A stretch of DNA of 64,000 nt from Thermoplasmata archaeon (GTDB lineage: Archaea > Thermoplasmatota > Thermoplasmata > Thermoplasmatales > GCA-001856825). Made by a program: the position numbers and the translations under genes. Shown in pieces: positions 22,313 through 30,593 of this stretch (the first letter of the stretch is position 1; every line of letters begins with the position of its first letter). Location: positions 264 to 64,263 of the forward strand of contig JAJYMI010000076.1 of assembly GCA_021787125.1 (NCBI GenBank). The letters run 5' to 3'. The notes under the pieces are model-generated. The model made no database searches. It saw nothing but the letters and a program-made list of their open reading frames with translations, and was not told the DNA's origin.

Positions 22313-25300
22313 ATGCATGACAAAAGAAAGAGATCGGCAGCTTCTAGACGAATGGAAGCTGAGACTAAACACGAAATACAGAATAAACAACTAGCCAAAC
22401 TATTGGATAATCTCGAAACATTATACAAGAACGTGAAACTGGGTAATACAACTCTAACAATGCAAGAGGAATCGTCTTATGTTATGGATTACCTCAAGGC
22501 ACTTGTGCTGTCAAAACCGGAGTCCGCTGCTTCTGAAAAGCTATTAAAGCCCATTATGCAGGTGGCAGGGATAGAAAACTTTCCTGAGGGAAGAGTGGGA
22601 GGAGGGTGGGTGGATTTCATTTTACCATCATCAAGGGAGATAGGCCCCCCTGTAGCTTTGGAGCTTAAACCTCTGCACGGAAGCGACGGGAAGCTGAATC
22701 CTCTTTCAAAGGAGTTCGATCAATTGGTTGACCAGGTCACTAACACAAGGACCAACCAGATCATAAGGTATATCCTAGGAGGAAACGGGAACAGGGGAGT
22801 AGATTTTGTCGTGTTCACAAATCTCAAAGAAGTCTACATTTTTGACAAAGGTTGCATAACGAAGTTCGAACCTGCCAGGAAGGAGACTTTTAAAGAATTC
22901 ATTGAAGCCATTTCAGTTACAAAGAACATCTCTGACTACCTGCGAAGGGTCACTGAAGAACTGGAGAAGAGGGACTTGGATAGGTATTTCTTCAACGATC
23001 TTAAGAAATGGTTCGGTTATCTTCAGGAACTGGACTGGAATAGCGATCCACAAGTCAACAGCGTGCTTCTCCTGAACAAGCTGATCTTCGCTCTGACTCT
23101 TGAAGATTTTATGATTATAGACTATAGGGAAACATGGGATATGTTCTCTAGGAATTTTAATAAATGGAGTGCCAAGGGACCCAAGGCAGTGCTGAAGAAT
23201 TTCTTCAAGGAATTGGACGAGTTCCTTTACGAGTATTACGACACCGAACTATTTGTTCCATCAAACAGCATACTTTCGAAATTCAAGGAGTCCAACGAGA
23301 GCTACGCGAAACTTCTCAAAACTCTAAGGTCCGTTGCAGGTTTTGTGGATGAACCCACCTTATTTTCGGGTGGATTGTATTCCTATAATTTCAGGTTGAT
23401 AAACGAGGACGTATTTGGGAAATCATATGAAACCTTTCTGGCGGAGAACAGGAAGGAGTCCGGGATATACTATACCCCCAATCAGATCACAGGAAGGATG
23501 GCATCAGACCTAGTGCAACACCTTTTTGGCAAAATAAGAGATAAGTTGGTTCAAGATTTGAGCATCGAAGAGTACGACGAAGCGTTAATACTGGCAGATC
23601 AGCTGGTGAAAATAACAATATTTGACCCCGCATGCGGATCGGGAGCCTTTCTAATAAGCGTTCTCAGGGAAATCGTGAAGGTTTATTCGGACATTAAACC
23701 AAAAACAGAATGGATCAATCAGCTAGGTCTAAAGGAGATATCCGAACCTGAAAGGGTGAGAATAGATAAGGTGAGACAGTTAAGGGAGACCCTTGGCTTT
23801 AACGGACAAATGAAAGGAATAGACAGAATACTTCTTTCAAAGATAATCCTCCGGCACATCTACGGATGTGACCTTGACAATACTGCATTAAATGTTGCTA
23901 AGGTTAATCTTTGGAAAGAGACTGTGAAGCTGAATCCAGAGTCATTCTATTTTCAGAGTCTCCCACAATCCATAAATCATATACTGCCTGCCCTAAAGGT
24001 AAACTTTGTTTGTGGAAACTCTATAGTTGGCTTATCAGATGAGTATGTAGTAAAGTACCTTACTGACAACTTCAGAGAAGATATCAAATCAATGCTTGAT
24101 TTAAGGAAAGAATACCTCAAAGATCCTTCAAACGCAGACATAGCTGAGAAAATCGAAGAAATAAAAGAACCCATCAGGTCCTCACTTTCGGTAGAATTTG
24201 GTAAAATATATCCAGAGCTGGAAAGCCCTCTATTCTATCCGCTAGAATTCTTTTTCATATACTTTAGTGAAAATGGCATACCCGTTGAAGAGAACTCTCG
24301 GAAGTTTTCGGCTTTAATAGGCAACCCCCCTTGGAACGATGTTAAACCGATTAAAAAAGAATTTGCGCAGAAACACCCTAGTATATTTGGGGAAGGGCTA
24401 ACAAAATTTTCAATCTCAGGCAAGGAATTCGAGAAAACGTTTGATAGAAAGTTGATGAATGCGGAAACAAAAGAGTTATGGAAAAAATACAGGGATGAGA
24501 TCCATGCTCTTTCTGATTTTATTAGAAAGAATTACGGTTTGCAATATAAAGGGGATACATCCCTTCAAAAGACATTTCTGGAAAAATTTATTAGATTATC
24601 TAGGGACGCTTTTGCAATACTGATCCCTTCCAATTTTCATACCGACGAGGGTGCGTCTGATCTTAGGAAGGAAATATTCGATAAATGGCAACTGAATTAT
24701 CTGATTTCCTTTGAAAACAAACATAAAGTCTGGTTTAATATGGAATCGCGGTTCAAATTCGACATGTTATTTGTGACGAGCCATAAGACTGGAGAATCCT
24801 TCAAGGCGAAATTCTACGTACATAACTGGAAAGAAACGGAGAGGTTACTCGACTACCCTATAGAGCTTATTCTAAAACTATCGCCTCAAATGCTTGGAGT
24901 TATGGAATTTCGGTCGGAGGAAGACGTAGAAATTATAAGAAAAATTAGAGCAGATCACCAATCTGCTTTTGATTATGGATTTAGATTTTCAAGAGAATTT
25001 GGTTATCCGGGAGACAATGATCTCCTAGAAGATCAGCCCTCACACGGTGATATTCCTGCCTTTGAAGGAAAGACGATTCACCAATATGATTCAAATTACT
25101 CAGATAATAGGTATTGGATAAATGAAATGAATGGAAGAGAACGACTCAAGAATTCCTTTATCCAGTCCGTGACAAAGTACTTTAATGATAAGCCAAAAGT
25201 GGCCCAAATGTTAGAGAAGGGGGAACTGTTGATGGATTATGAGACGGATAGGCTTGTGTTACGAAGGCAGGCAAGAACGACAGATGAACGAACGTTAATC

Positions 25301-25741
25301 GCTTCAATAGTACCCAAGAGGAATTTTTTGTTAGATAGTCTCGCATACCAGAGGCCTTATCAGTTTGAAGTCGCAGAAGGAAAAATAAGACAAGTTCATA
25401 ACATGGATGAAGATTATTATCTCCTTGCTCTCCTAAATAGTTTCGTACTTGATTACTATATCAGACAGCGTATTTCAGCTAACCTCAATTTCTCTTTCTT
25501 GTATGAATTACCGATCCCAAAAATATCCAATATGTTAAAAGAGAGAGTAGTATCTTTGGCGCGAGAACTTGTTAGGAAACCTACTGACAGGGCAAAAAGG
25601 ACGGATATTGAGATATTAATAGCGAAAGAGTTTTTTAAATTGAGCAAAGAGGATATAACTTACATTTTGAATTCATTTGTGTACGGGGACATAGATAAAG
25701 AGCTGATAGAGCTAATTAAAGAGAAATATGAACATAACTGA
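22313..25741 (+). CDS. Type IIG/IIL fused restriction endonuclease - N6-adenine DNA methyltransferase (Eco57I/MmeI-like)
   Basis: - **N-terminal nuclease:** PD-(D/E)xK candidate GWVDFILPS...ALELKP.
- **Methyltransferase motifs:** I IFDPACGSGAFLISVL; IV LIGNPPWNDV.
- **C-terminal target-recognition pattern:** LLALLNSFVLDYYIRQR...LYELPIP. Confidence 0.8.
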   Translation: MHDKRKRSAASRRMEAETKHEIQNKQLAKLLDNLETLYKNVKLGNTTLTMQEESSYVMDYLKALVLSKPESAASEKLLKPIMQVAGIENFPEGRVGGGWVDFILPSSREIGPPVALELKPLHGSDGKLNPLSKEFDQLVDQVTNTRTNQIIRYILGGNGNRGVDFVVFTNLKEVYIFDKGCITKFEPARKETFKEFIEAISVTKNISDYLRRVTEELEKRDLDRYFFNDLKKWFGYLQELDWNSDPQVNSVLLLNKLIFALTLEDFMIIDYRETWDMFSRNFNKWSAKGPKAVLKNFFKELDEFLYEYYDTELFVPSNSILSKFKESNESYAKLLKTLRSVAGFVDEPTLFSGGLYSYNFRLINEDVFGKSYETFLAENRKESGIYYTPNQITGRMASDLVQHLFGKIRDKLVQDLSIEEYDEALILADQLVKITIFDPACGSGAFLISVLREIVKVYSDIKPKTEWINQLGLKEISEPERVRIDKVRQLRETLGFNGQMKGIDRILLSKIILRHIYGCDLDNTALNVAKVNLWKETVKLNPESFYFQSLPQSINHILPALKVNFVCGNSIVGLSDEYVVKYLTDNFREDIKSMLDLRKEYLKDPSNADIAEKIEEIKEPIRSSLSVEFGKIYPELESPLFYPLEFFFIYFSENGIPVEENSRKFSALIGNPPWNDVKPIKKEFAQKHPSIFGEGLTKFSISGKEFEKTFDRKLMNAETKELWKKYRDEIHALSDFIRKNYGLQYKGDTSLQKTFLEKFIRLSRDAFAILIPSNFHTDEGASDLRKEIFDKWQLNYLISFENKHKVWFNMESRFKFDMLFVTSHKTGESFKAKFYVHNWKETERLLDYPIELILKLSPQMLGVMEFRSEEDVEIIRKIRADHQSAFDYGFRFSREFGYPGDNDLLEDQPSHGDIPAFEGKTIHQYDSNYSDNRYWINEMNGRERLKNSFIQSVTKYFNDKPKVAQMLEKGELLMDYETDRLVLRRQARTTDERTLIASIVPKRNFLLDSLAYQRPYQFEVAEGKIRQVHNMDEDYYLLALLNSFVLDYYIRQRISANLNFSFLYELPIPKISNMLKERVVSLARELVRKPTDRAKRTDIEILIAKEFFKLSKEDITYILNSFVYGDIDKELIELIKEKYEHN

Positions 25742-25794
25742 AACCACAATCCCAATGATAGAAAATCAAAGACTCCCTTAAACGAAACGATCAA

Positions 25795-25959
25795 CTAAGT
25801 AGGCTTCGGAATTGTGAAACTCTTCTTACCCTCTGCTTCATATAAGTTGAAGAGCTCCCCGCATTTTGTACACTTATATCTAGACACATAGTATGGCCCA
25901 AAAGACCACTCTTTTATTGATTGTGAACTGAATTCTGCCTCACAAATAGGGCACTTCAT
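25795..25959 (-). CDS. Small zinc-ribbon protein, 54 aa (CPIC...CTKC)
   Basis: Own translation: MKCPICEAEFSSQSIKEWSFGPYYVSRYKCTKCGELFNLYEAEGKKSFTIPKPT. Below the ORF-track cutoff. Confidence 0.4.
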   Translation of the reverse strand: MKCPICEAEFSSQSIKEWSFGPYYVSRYKCTKCGELFNLYEAEGKKSFTIPKPT

Positions 25960-26044
25960 CTCATGCACCTGAATGATAGATTATCAGGAGGTTAATATGT
26001 TTTGTTTTTGAGAGATTATTCCATGCATAACCTATGAACGGAAA

Positions 26045-26084
26045 CCGCACCCCTTTGGTTTTTGAGGGGCCAAGAAGGGTGCGG
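26045..26084. repeat. Hairpin element copy C (opposite orientation to A and B)
   Basis: CCGCACCC (26045-26052) pairs with GGGTGCGG (26077-26084). AGGGGCCAAGA at 26065-26075 is the reverse complement of the shared core. Confidence 0.5.
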
Positions 26085-26128
26085 CAAGAAAAGAGTTAGC
26101 AATGGCATAAAGCTTTTCTTAAGCAATG

Positions 26129-26154
26129 AACATGTTATAGCCCAAAAACGTGTT
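26129..26154. repeat. Second hairpin family, copy P1 (AACATGTT-ATAGCCCAAA-AACGTGTT)
   Basis: 8-bp stem with one G.U. Homologous to 26979-27004. Confidence 0.4.
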
Positions 26155-26235
26155 TTAGTTTCGACAAGGGGGCATCAGGCATTTTGATACACTATTGAAC
26201 AAATCATATATAAGAAAATTTCTTATCAATATTCA

Positions 26236-26406
26236 ATGCCTCCAAAGTCGAGAAGTATGAGACAAATCATGATAGAAGAACAAATTAGAGAATTACTCGA
26301 TAAGGGCTATTCGGTTAAAGAGCTTAATGACTTCGCTGAAAAGATTAAAGATGTAAGGACTAAAAAAGCTTACTTGCTTGCCTTGCAATACCTTGACCTA
26401 AAATGA
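26236..26406 (+). CDS. Small ORF, 56 aa (MPPKSRSMRQIMIEEQIRELLDKGYSVKELNDFAEKIKDVRTKKAYLLALQYLDLK)
   Basis: Own translation, below the ORF-track cutoff. Ends 19 nt upstream of ORF 26426. Confidence 0.3.
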   Translation: MPPKSRSMRQIMIEEQIRELLDKGYSVKELNDFAEKIKDVRTKKAYLLALQYLDLK

Positions 26407-26425
26407 GGGTTTAGGTGCTTCTGAG

Positions 26426-26857
26426 GTGACTGTTATTAATTTTTCGGCAATTATTCAAGCATCGACAGTTCTTGTAGCATTTGTGCCCCCCCTACTACAA
26501 TTGATCCTAAAGTACATTGTAGTTTCAAGTCAAGCCAATAAACTTGCTTGGCTCTTCGTTCCTTCGGTTATATTATTTCTGATAACAATAGGATTTGCAG
26601 CTGAATCAAGCCAGTATACGGTGTACTTCTTTTGGATATCTTTGGTGCTTTTGGCAATAGGAATTGGGGGCGCGGTATACACACTGCAGTTGTACTCGAA
26701 GACAGTAGAAGAACTTAAGAATATTCCGCCTCTTAGACCCCAAGAGGTTCTTAACAGTCTCGTGGTAGATGGGAAGATATATATTTTCAGGGAAGGGAAA
26801 GTCAAAGTCTACAATCCACAAACCAATACCTGGTCCGAAGCAGCCAGCATTCCTTAG
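26426..26857 (+). CDS. Membrane protein, 143 aa
   Basis: ORF track. Three hydrophobic segments, then a soluble tail DGKIYIFREGKVKVYNPQTNTW. Confidence 0.5.
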   Translation: MTVINFSAIIQASTVLVAFVPPLLQLILKYIVVSSQANKLAWLFVPSVILFLITIGFAAESSQYTVYFFWISLVLLAIGIGGAVYTLQLYSKTVEELKNIPPLRPQEVLNSLVVDGKIYIFREGKVKVYNPQTNTWSEAASIP

Positions 26858-26978
26858 AAATATTAAGCCCCGAGAAATCCACCGAGTTATCTCCTTAATC
26901 ATTTGACCTACATCTTTTTCCTACGTGCAGTAAAGGAAGAGACGAAGGGTTCCTCTACTTAGTAGGCTACTCTATATT

Positions 26979-27004
26979 GACACGTTATGTCCCAGAAACG
27001 TGTC
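26979..27004. repeat. Second hairpin family, copy P2 (GACACGTT-ATGTCCCAGA-AACGTGTC)
   Basis: Perfect 8-bp stem. The T-to-C change relative to P1 converts a G.U pair to G.C. Confidence 0.4.
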
Positions 27005-27312
27005 CTTTTCCTCTAGTTGACTTAAGGGTACTTTGCTGCTTGGTAAAAACATCAAATCTGAACACGCTTTTGATTATACGGTGACAGACAATCCCGGTAA
27101 CAAAGAGTCGAGCTAGAATTCTTAGGCCTCCAGAATATGAATCATCGAGACGTTAGAAAATGTTCTTTTGTAGGCAGAAAACATCATCAAGATAGAGTCT
27201 ATTCCACTTGCCTGATCCCAATCCCCTCCCAAGAGTTTTGGGGTCAGGTCTCAGAGTACACCGGGAAAATTAAAAAAGAAGGGCAGGGCATTGGAACCCT
27301 ACCCACTTTAAC

Positions 27313-27429
27313 TCAGTCCTTACTCTTTGGAGTATTTCCACGTCCCTTTCCAGACGGATTGCCTGTTGTGCTTGGGTAATTCGGATTGGGTGCAGCTTTA
27401 GGCGGTGGGTTGTTTCCTTTCTTGCTCAT
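27313..27429 (-). CDS. Possible 38-aa Pro/Gly/Asn/Lys-rich peptide
   Basis: Own translation: MSKKGNNPPPKAAPNPNYPSTTGNPSGKGRGNTPKSKD. GTGAT lies 5 nt upstream of the ATG. Weak support. Confidence 0.2.
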   Translation of the reverse strand: MSKKGNNPPPKAAPNPNYPSTTGNPSGKGRGNTPKSKD

Positions 27430-27764
27430 GGTTGATCACTAGATCTAATAAGTTGATGTTAATAAACGTAACCGGACGTTAAATCAACACACTCTATTCG
27501 CCACCGAATTCTAACAACTATACGGCTTTGAATAGTCTCGCAAAATCTTGAAAGGGCAGACATAAATCTCGGATGCGGGAGCCGCCCGTTTATATATCAA
27601 TATCGATATACTAATCCCCTTTAGTAGTGGTCCGAATCTATTGGGAGGATATATTATATACAACAGAAATTCATAATGTCAATCTGGATATTAGTGGAAC
27701 GTAAATCCCCAGTATAGTACGTGACGGTGGATTGAGGCATAGAGGAAACTACAGGTGATGGAGC

Positions 27765-27794
27765 TTTCCCCTATTTTCCCTTATTTTCCCCTGT
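27765..27794. repeat. Three tandem 10-nt units TTTCCC(C/T)T(A/G)T
   Basis: Read directly: tttcccctat / tttcccttat / tttcccctgt, followed by degenerate T/C-rich copies. About 350 nt upstream of integrase 28142. Confidence 0.35.
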
Positions 27795-28008
27795 ATTGTC
27801 TATCTTTCCTTTATCTTTTCGTAATTACGGAAGTTGGCACTAGCAGAGACTGTGAGCTCTGGCTAAACGAGATGTATTGACATTTTAAAAAGTCGGTAGA
27901 AAACTAAAATTTTCTTGCATTCTCTCGTTAGAGATCCTGCAGCTACTCGGACCTATGATTAATTCTTAAGTTCAGAAAGGAGGCGTTAAGGTTCAATTAA
28001 GTCTTCTT

Positions 28009-28115
28009 GTAGTTTTATCACTAAAATTACAACAAAAGATAATCGTCTACCAAGGAATCAAAACCTGATTTCTCAACAATCGATACGATTTTATTGTAAT
28101 TTTATACAAAACTAC
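28009..28115. promoter_or_regulatory. Inverted repeat pair upstream of integrase gene
   Basis: GTAGTTTTATCACTAAAATTACAA (28009-28032) versus TTGTAATTTTATACAAAACTAC (28094-28115). The outer 8 and 10 nt are perfectly complementary. Confidence 0.4.
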
Positions 28116-28141
28116 ATATGCTTAAACTGCATTTATGATAA

Positions 28142-28837
28142 ATGGGCACATTGACTATTGAGAACCCAATTACTCTACACTCTCCTAAGGCCGGTGCTAC
28201 CAAGTGGATCAGGAAGGACACACCACAAAGGATTGACAAGAAGACGGGCGAACCTAAGGAGCGGGTAGTACTGGAGAAAAAAGGGAACTTGGTCAAAGTA
28301 GCAACATCTAAGGGAGTCGAAGAGATTCTAATCCTGCGACCCTCGGAGTTCAAACAGATATATGCAGCTTGTGACAGAAGGCATCAGGTCATTCTAAGTT
28401 CCCTTTTGTTCACGGGGATGAGATACCAGGAACTGATCAGGTTTAGAGAGCACCCTGAATGGTTCGACAAGAAACAATTCATCAAGCTTCCACCGGGATC
28501 TGGACAGAAGAAAGTTAAGAGGTCCGCCCCGGAGAGATGGATAAGGTTGAGCTACAGAGGAAGAGAAGCCGTTCAGTCACTATTTGACTACCAATTACCT
28601 TCCAACAACTCCATCAATCAGTACTTGGCGTACAACTTCGATATAAAGAACTTCTCGCTGAAATCTCTAAGAAAAACTTACGAGAGCTGGTTGGTCTTCT
28701 ACTACCCTGAGCATCAGTTACAGGTCTCTATGAGTCAAGGTCATACAATCATTACACAGATACGGCACTACCTCAATCTGCCATTCACTGAACAAGACAA
28801 ACTTGAGATGAAAGAGTTCGTGGAGGGGTGGGTCTAG
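28142..28837 (+). CDS. Tyrosine recombinase / integrase, short form (231 aa)
   Basis: LLFTGMRYQELIRF (box I Arg), SLRKTYESWL, and SQGHTIITQIRHYLN (His...Arg...Tyr region). Confidence 0.75.
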   Translation: MGTLTIENPITLHSPKAGATKWIRKDTPQRIDKKTGEPKERVVLEKKGNLVKVATSKGVEEILILRPSEFKQIYAACDRRHQVILSSLLFTGMRYQELIRFREHPEWFDKKQFIKLPPGSGQKKVKRSAPERWIRLSYRGREAVQSLFDYQLPSNNSINQYLAYNFDIKNFSLKSLRKTYESWLVFYYPEHQLQVSMSQGHTIITQIRHYLNLPFTEQDKLEMKEFVEGWV

Positions 28838-29184
28838 AAATGAGGACTCATCTTCGATTACGTTCCACAGCCTTCGACGGAGAATACGATATGACTGGTG
28901 ATGGTAGGACAGTCTTAGAACTTACAGCAAAGATAACCGAGAAGGCAAAGAAGATGCTTAATCCGTTCAACAAGACTGATGTCCAGTTTAGCGAAGAATG
29001 GAAATATTATAAGGGCAACAAAAGCATGGAGGCCATCTCGGTAAATAAGTTTAAGGAGATGGGCGGAACTTTTGATTACATAGTATGTTCCAGTCATGCT
29101 GGAGGAAATAGACTAGAGATTGGCGGAGGGGTAATCAAAGACGTTAAGATGTGGGTCTTAAACGGTCACGTAAGATTCAGTTAA
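28828..29184 (+). CDS. Hypothetical 118-aa protein
   Basis: ORF track. Overlaps the integrase stop by 10 nt. Confidence 0.4.
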   Translation: MGLEMRTHLRLRSTAFDGEYDMTGDGRTVLELTAKITEKAKKMLNPFNKTDVQFSEEWKYYKGNKSMEAISVNKFKEMGGTFDYIVCSSHAGGNRLEIGGGVIKDVKMWVLNGHVRFS

Positions 29185-29250
29185 CGCCCAAGACTGCGTG
29201 AGATAACGGCAGAAGACTGTAAGTTGAATGCACTTTCGTCTATAGCTGAA

Positions 29251-29634
29251 TTATAGCCTTCCTTGATTCACTAATCTGACGAAATCTTCTAGATTAATCA
29301 GAGTGACCAAAGAACTTCCGTTTATGTATGTTGACAGTTCACCTTGAATGTATTTGTCTCTCAGTTTCCAGCCATTTCCGCCCATGACTATGTATGCCTT
29401 TTCGTAAAGGTCTGTGTGTTCCTGAATGGCATTGATTAAGCAAATCATCTCGAAGGGTACTTTTTGTTCAGCAGTTCCACCGACCTGCTGCCATTTCATT
29501 GATACCAAAATTCGTTTAGACCCCTCCTTCCATACTATGAAGTCCACCTTGTGCTTTCCGTCCCCCAAACGTTTGCCAATAATCTGTTGCTTTAAGTATT
29601 CGTACCGCCCCTTCCCAAGTGCAGGGATCACCAT
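29251..29634 (-). CDS. Small PD-(D/E)xK-like nuclease (127 aa), candidate restriction partner of the Dam-like methylase
   Basis: HKVDFIVW...ILVSMKWQQ is a D...(S/E)xK-like core. Sits 45 nt downstream of the methylase gene on the same strand. Confidence 0.45.
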   Translation of the reverse strand: MVIPALGKGRYEYLKQQIIGKRLGDGKHKVDFIVWKEGSKRILVSMKWQQVGGTAEQKVPFEMICLINAIQEHTDLYEKAYIVMGGNGWKLRDKYIQGELSTYINGSSLVTLINLEDFVRLVNQGRL

Positions 29635-29679
29635 ATCTTCTAAAACCTGACCGGTGGTAGTGTCTCTCGGCGTCGTACT

Positions 29680-30540
29680 TCACACCCCCTTCATACCAAT
29701 GACCTCATTTACTGGGCCTCTCTTTGTTCCCACACAGTTTATGAATCTTGGAACTTTTACAATTCTCAACGAAAATCCTAACTTTTTGTACAATTTCAAT
29801 ATCCTATCAGTAGCCTGATTTGTGATCACTGTCGGAACTGAGAGTTCAGCCGTCCATCGTGCCACTCTTTCTTGGTCTTGCCACGTAAAACCATCAGCAG
29901 AATATTGACGGAATTCCACGTCGTATGGAGGGTCGACATATATGAAGTCATCTTGACGTATTTTGAGGGTGGAAAAGTCCCCAGAAGAGAATTTCCAGTT
30001 CTTCAGTAATTGTGTATAATCGCTGAAATCAGTTGCGTAATTAATGGTCTTGTACCTTCCAAAAGGTACATTGAAGAGACCTGAAGAGTTGAATCTACAC
30101 AAACCGTTGTAACCAGTATGATTGAGATAATAGAATAGTTGGGCCGCCTCTTTCGATTTCCATTTTCCTTCCTTGACGAGGTCGTTAAACCTCTGTCGGT
30201 TTTTGTAATAACTTTCCTTGCTGTTTTCCATAGTGATGTCTACTCCTAGTTCAGACCTCACTTGGTTATAGAAATTTATCAAGTGAGGGTTCACATCATT
30301 AAGAAGAGCCTTGTTAGGTCTTAGCCCAAATGTTACTGCGAGTCCACCACAAAGAGGCTCAACAAGCCTAGATTTAGAGTGTTTTTGCCACAGAGGCTCG
30401 AGATGAGGAACCAACCATCGTTTTCCACCAGCCCACTTCAGTAGCGGTCTAATCTTAACCTCTTCTTTCGATTTATCAGTAGGAGTGTCACCAGAAAAGT
30501 TCAACTTAGTCTGGGATAAGCTATGGGAATAGTCTTCCAC
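29680..30540 (-). CDS. Dam-type (D12 class) N6-adenine DNA methyltransferase
   Basis: LLKWAGGKRWLVPHL and FIYVDPPYD motifs. Confidence 0.85.
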   Translation of the reverse strand: MEDYSHSLSQTKLNFSGDTPTDKSKEEVKIRPLLKWAGGKRWLVPHLEPLWQKHSKSRLVEPLCGGLAVTFGLRPNKALLNDVNPHLINFYNQVRSELGVDITMENSKESYYKNRQRFNDLVKEGKWKSKEAAQLFYYLNHTGYNGLCRFNSSGLFNVPFGRYKTINYATDFSDYTQLLKNWKFSSGDFSTLKIRQDDFIYVDPPYDVEFRQYSADGFTWQDQERVARWTAELSVPTVITNQATDRILKLYKKLGFSLRIVKVPRFINCVGTKRGPVNEVIGMKGV

Positions 30541-30593
30541 TATCTAATATATGGGCAGAAATATTAAAGGTTACTTTTGGGTGTACTCTTTTA

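Noticed and set aside
22313-25741. Interpreting the 1142-aa methylase as BREX PglX
   Set aside because: No PglZ, BrxC, BrxL or other BREX genes are nearby. An N-terminal PD-(D/E)xK-like motif fits a stand-alone type IIG enzyme better.
27137-27379. 80-aa + strand ORF
   Set aside because: It has no ribosome-binding site and odd composition, and it is antisense to a small ORF with an SD-like site. Neither is well supported.
27600-27609. ATATCGATAT palindrome shared with 55941-55950 as possible att sites
   Set aside because: It is only a 10-nt AT-rich palindrome plus short TATATATC similarity, and the flanks do not align. This is compatible with chance.
27629-27638. tRNA-like T-loop (GGTCCGAATC), and a general search for tRNA genes as integration targets
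   Set aside because: The flanking sequence cannot form T-stem or acceptor pairings. Visual inspection of the intergenic regions I examined found no cloverleaf candidates, but a tRNAscan run is still advisable.
27765-27830. Possible CRISPR array or other long tandem array
   Set aside because: There are only three 10-nt units with no spacers. No repeat-spacer periodicity of 25-40 nt was seen anywhere in the window.
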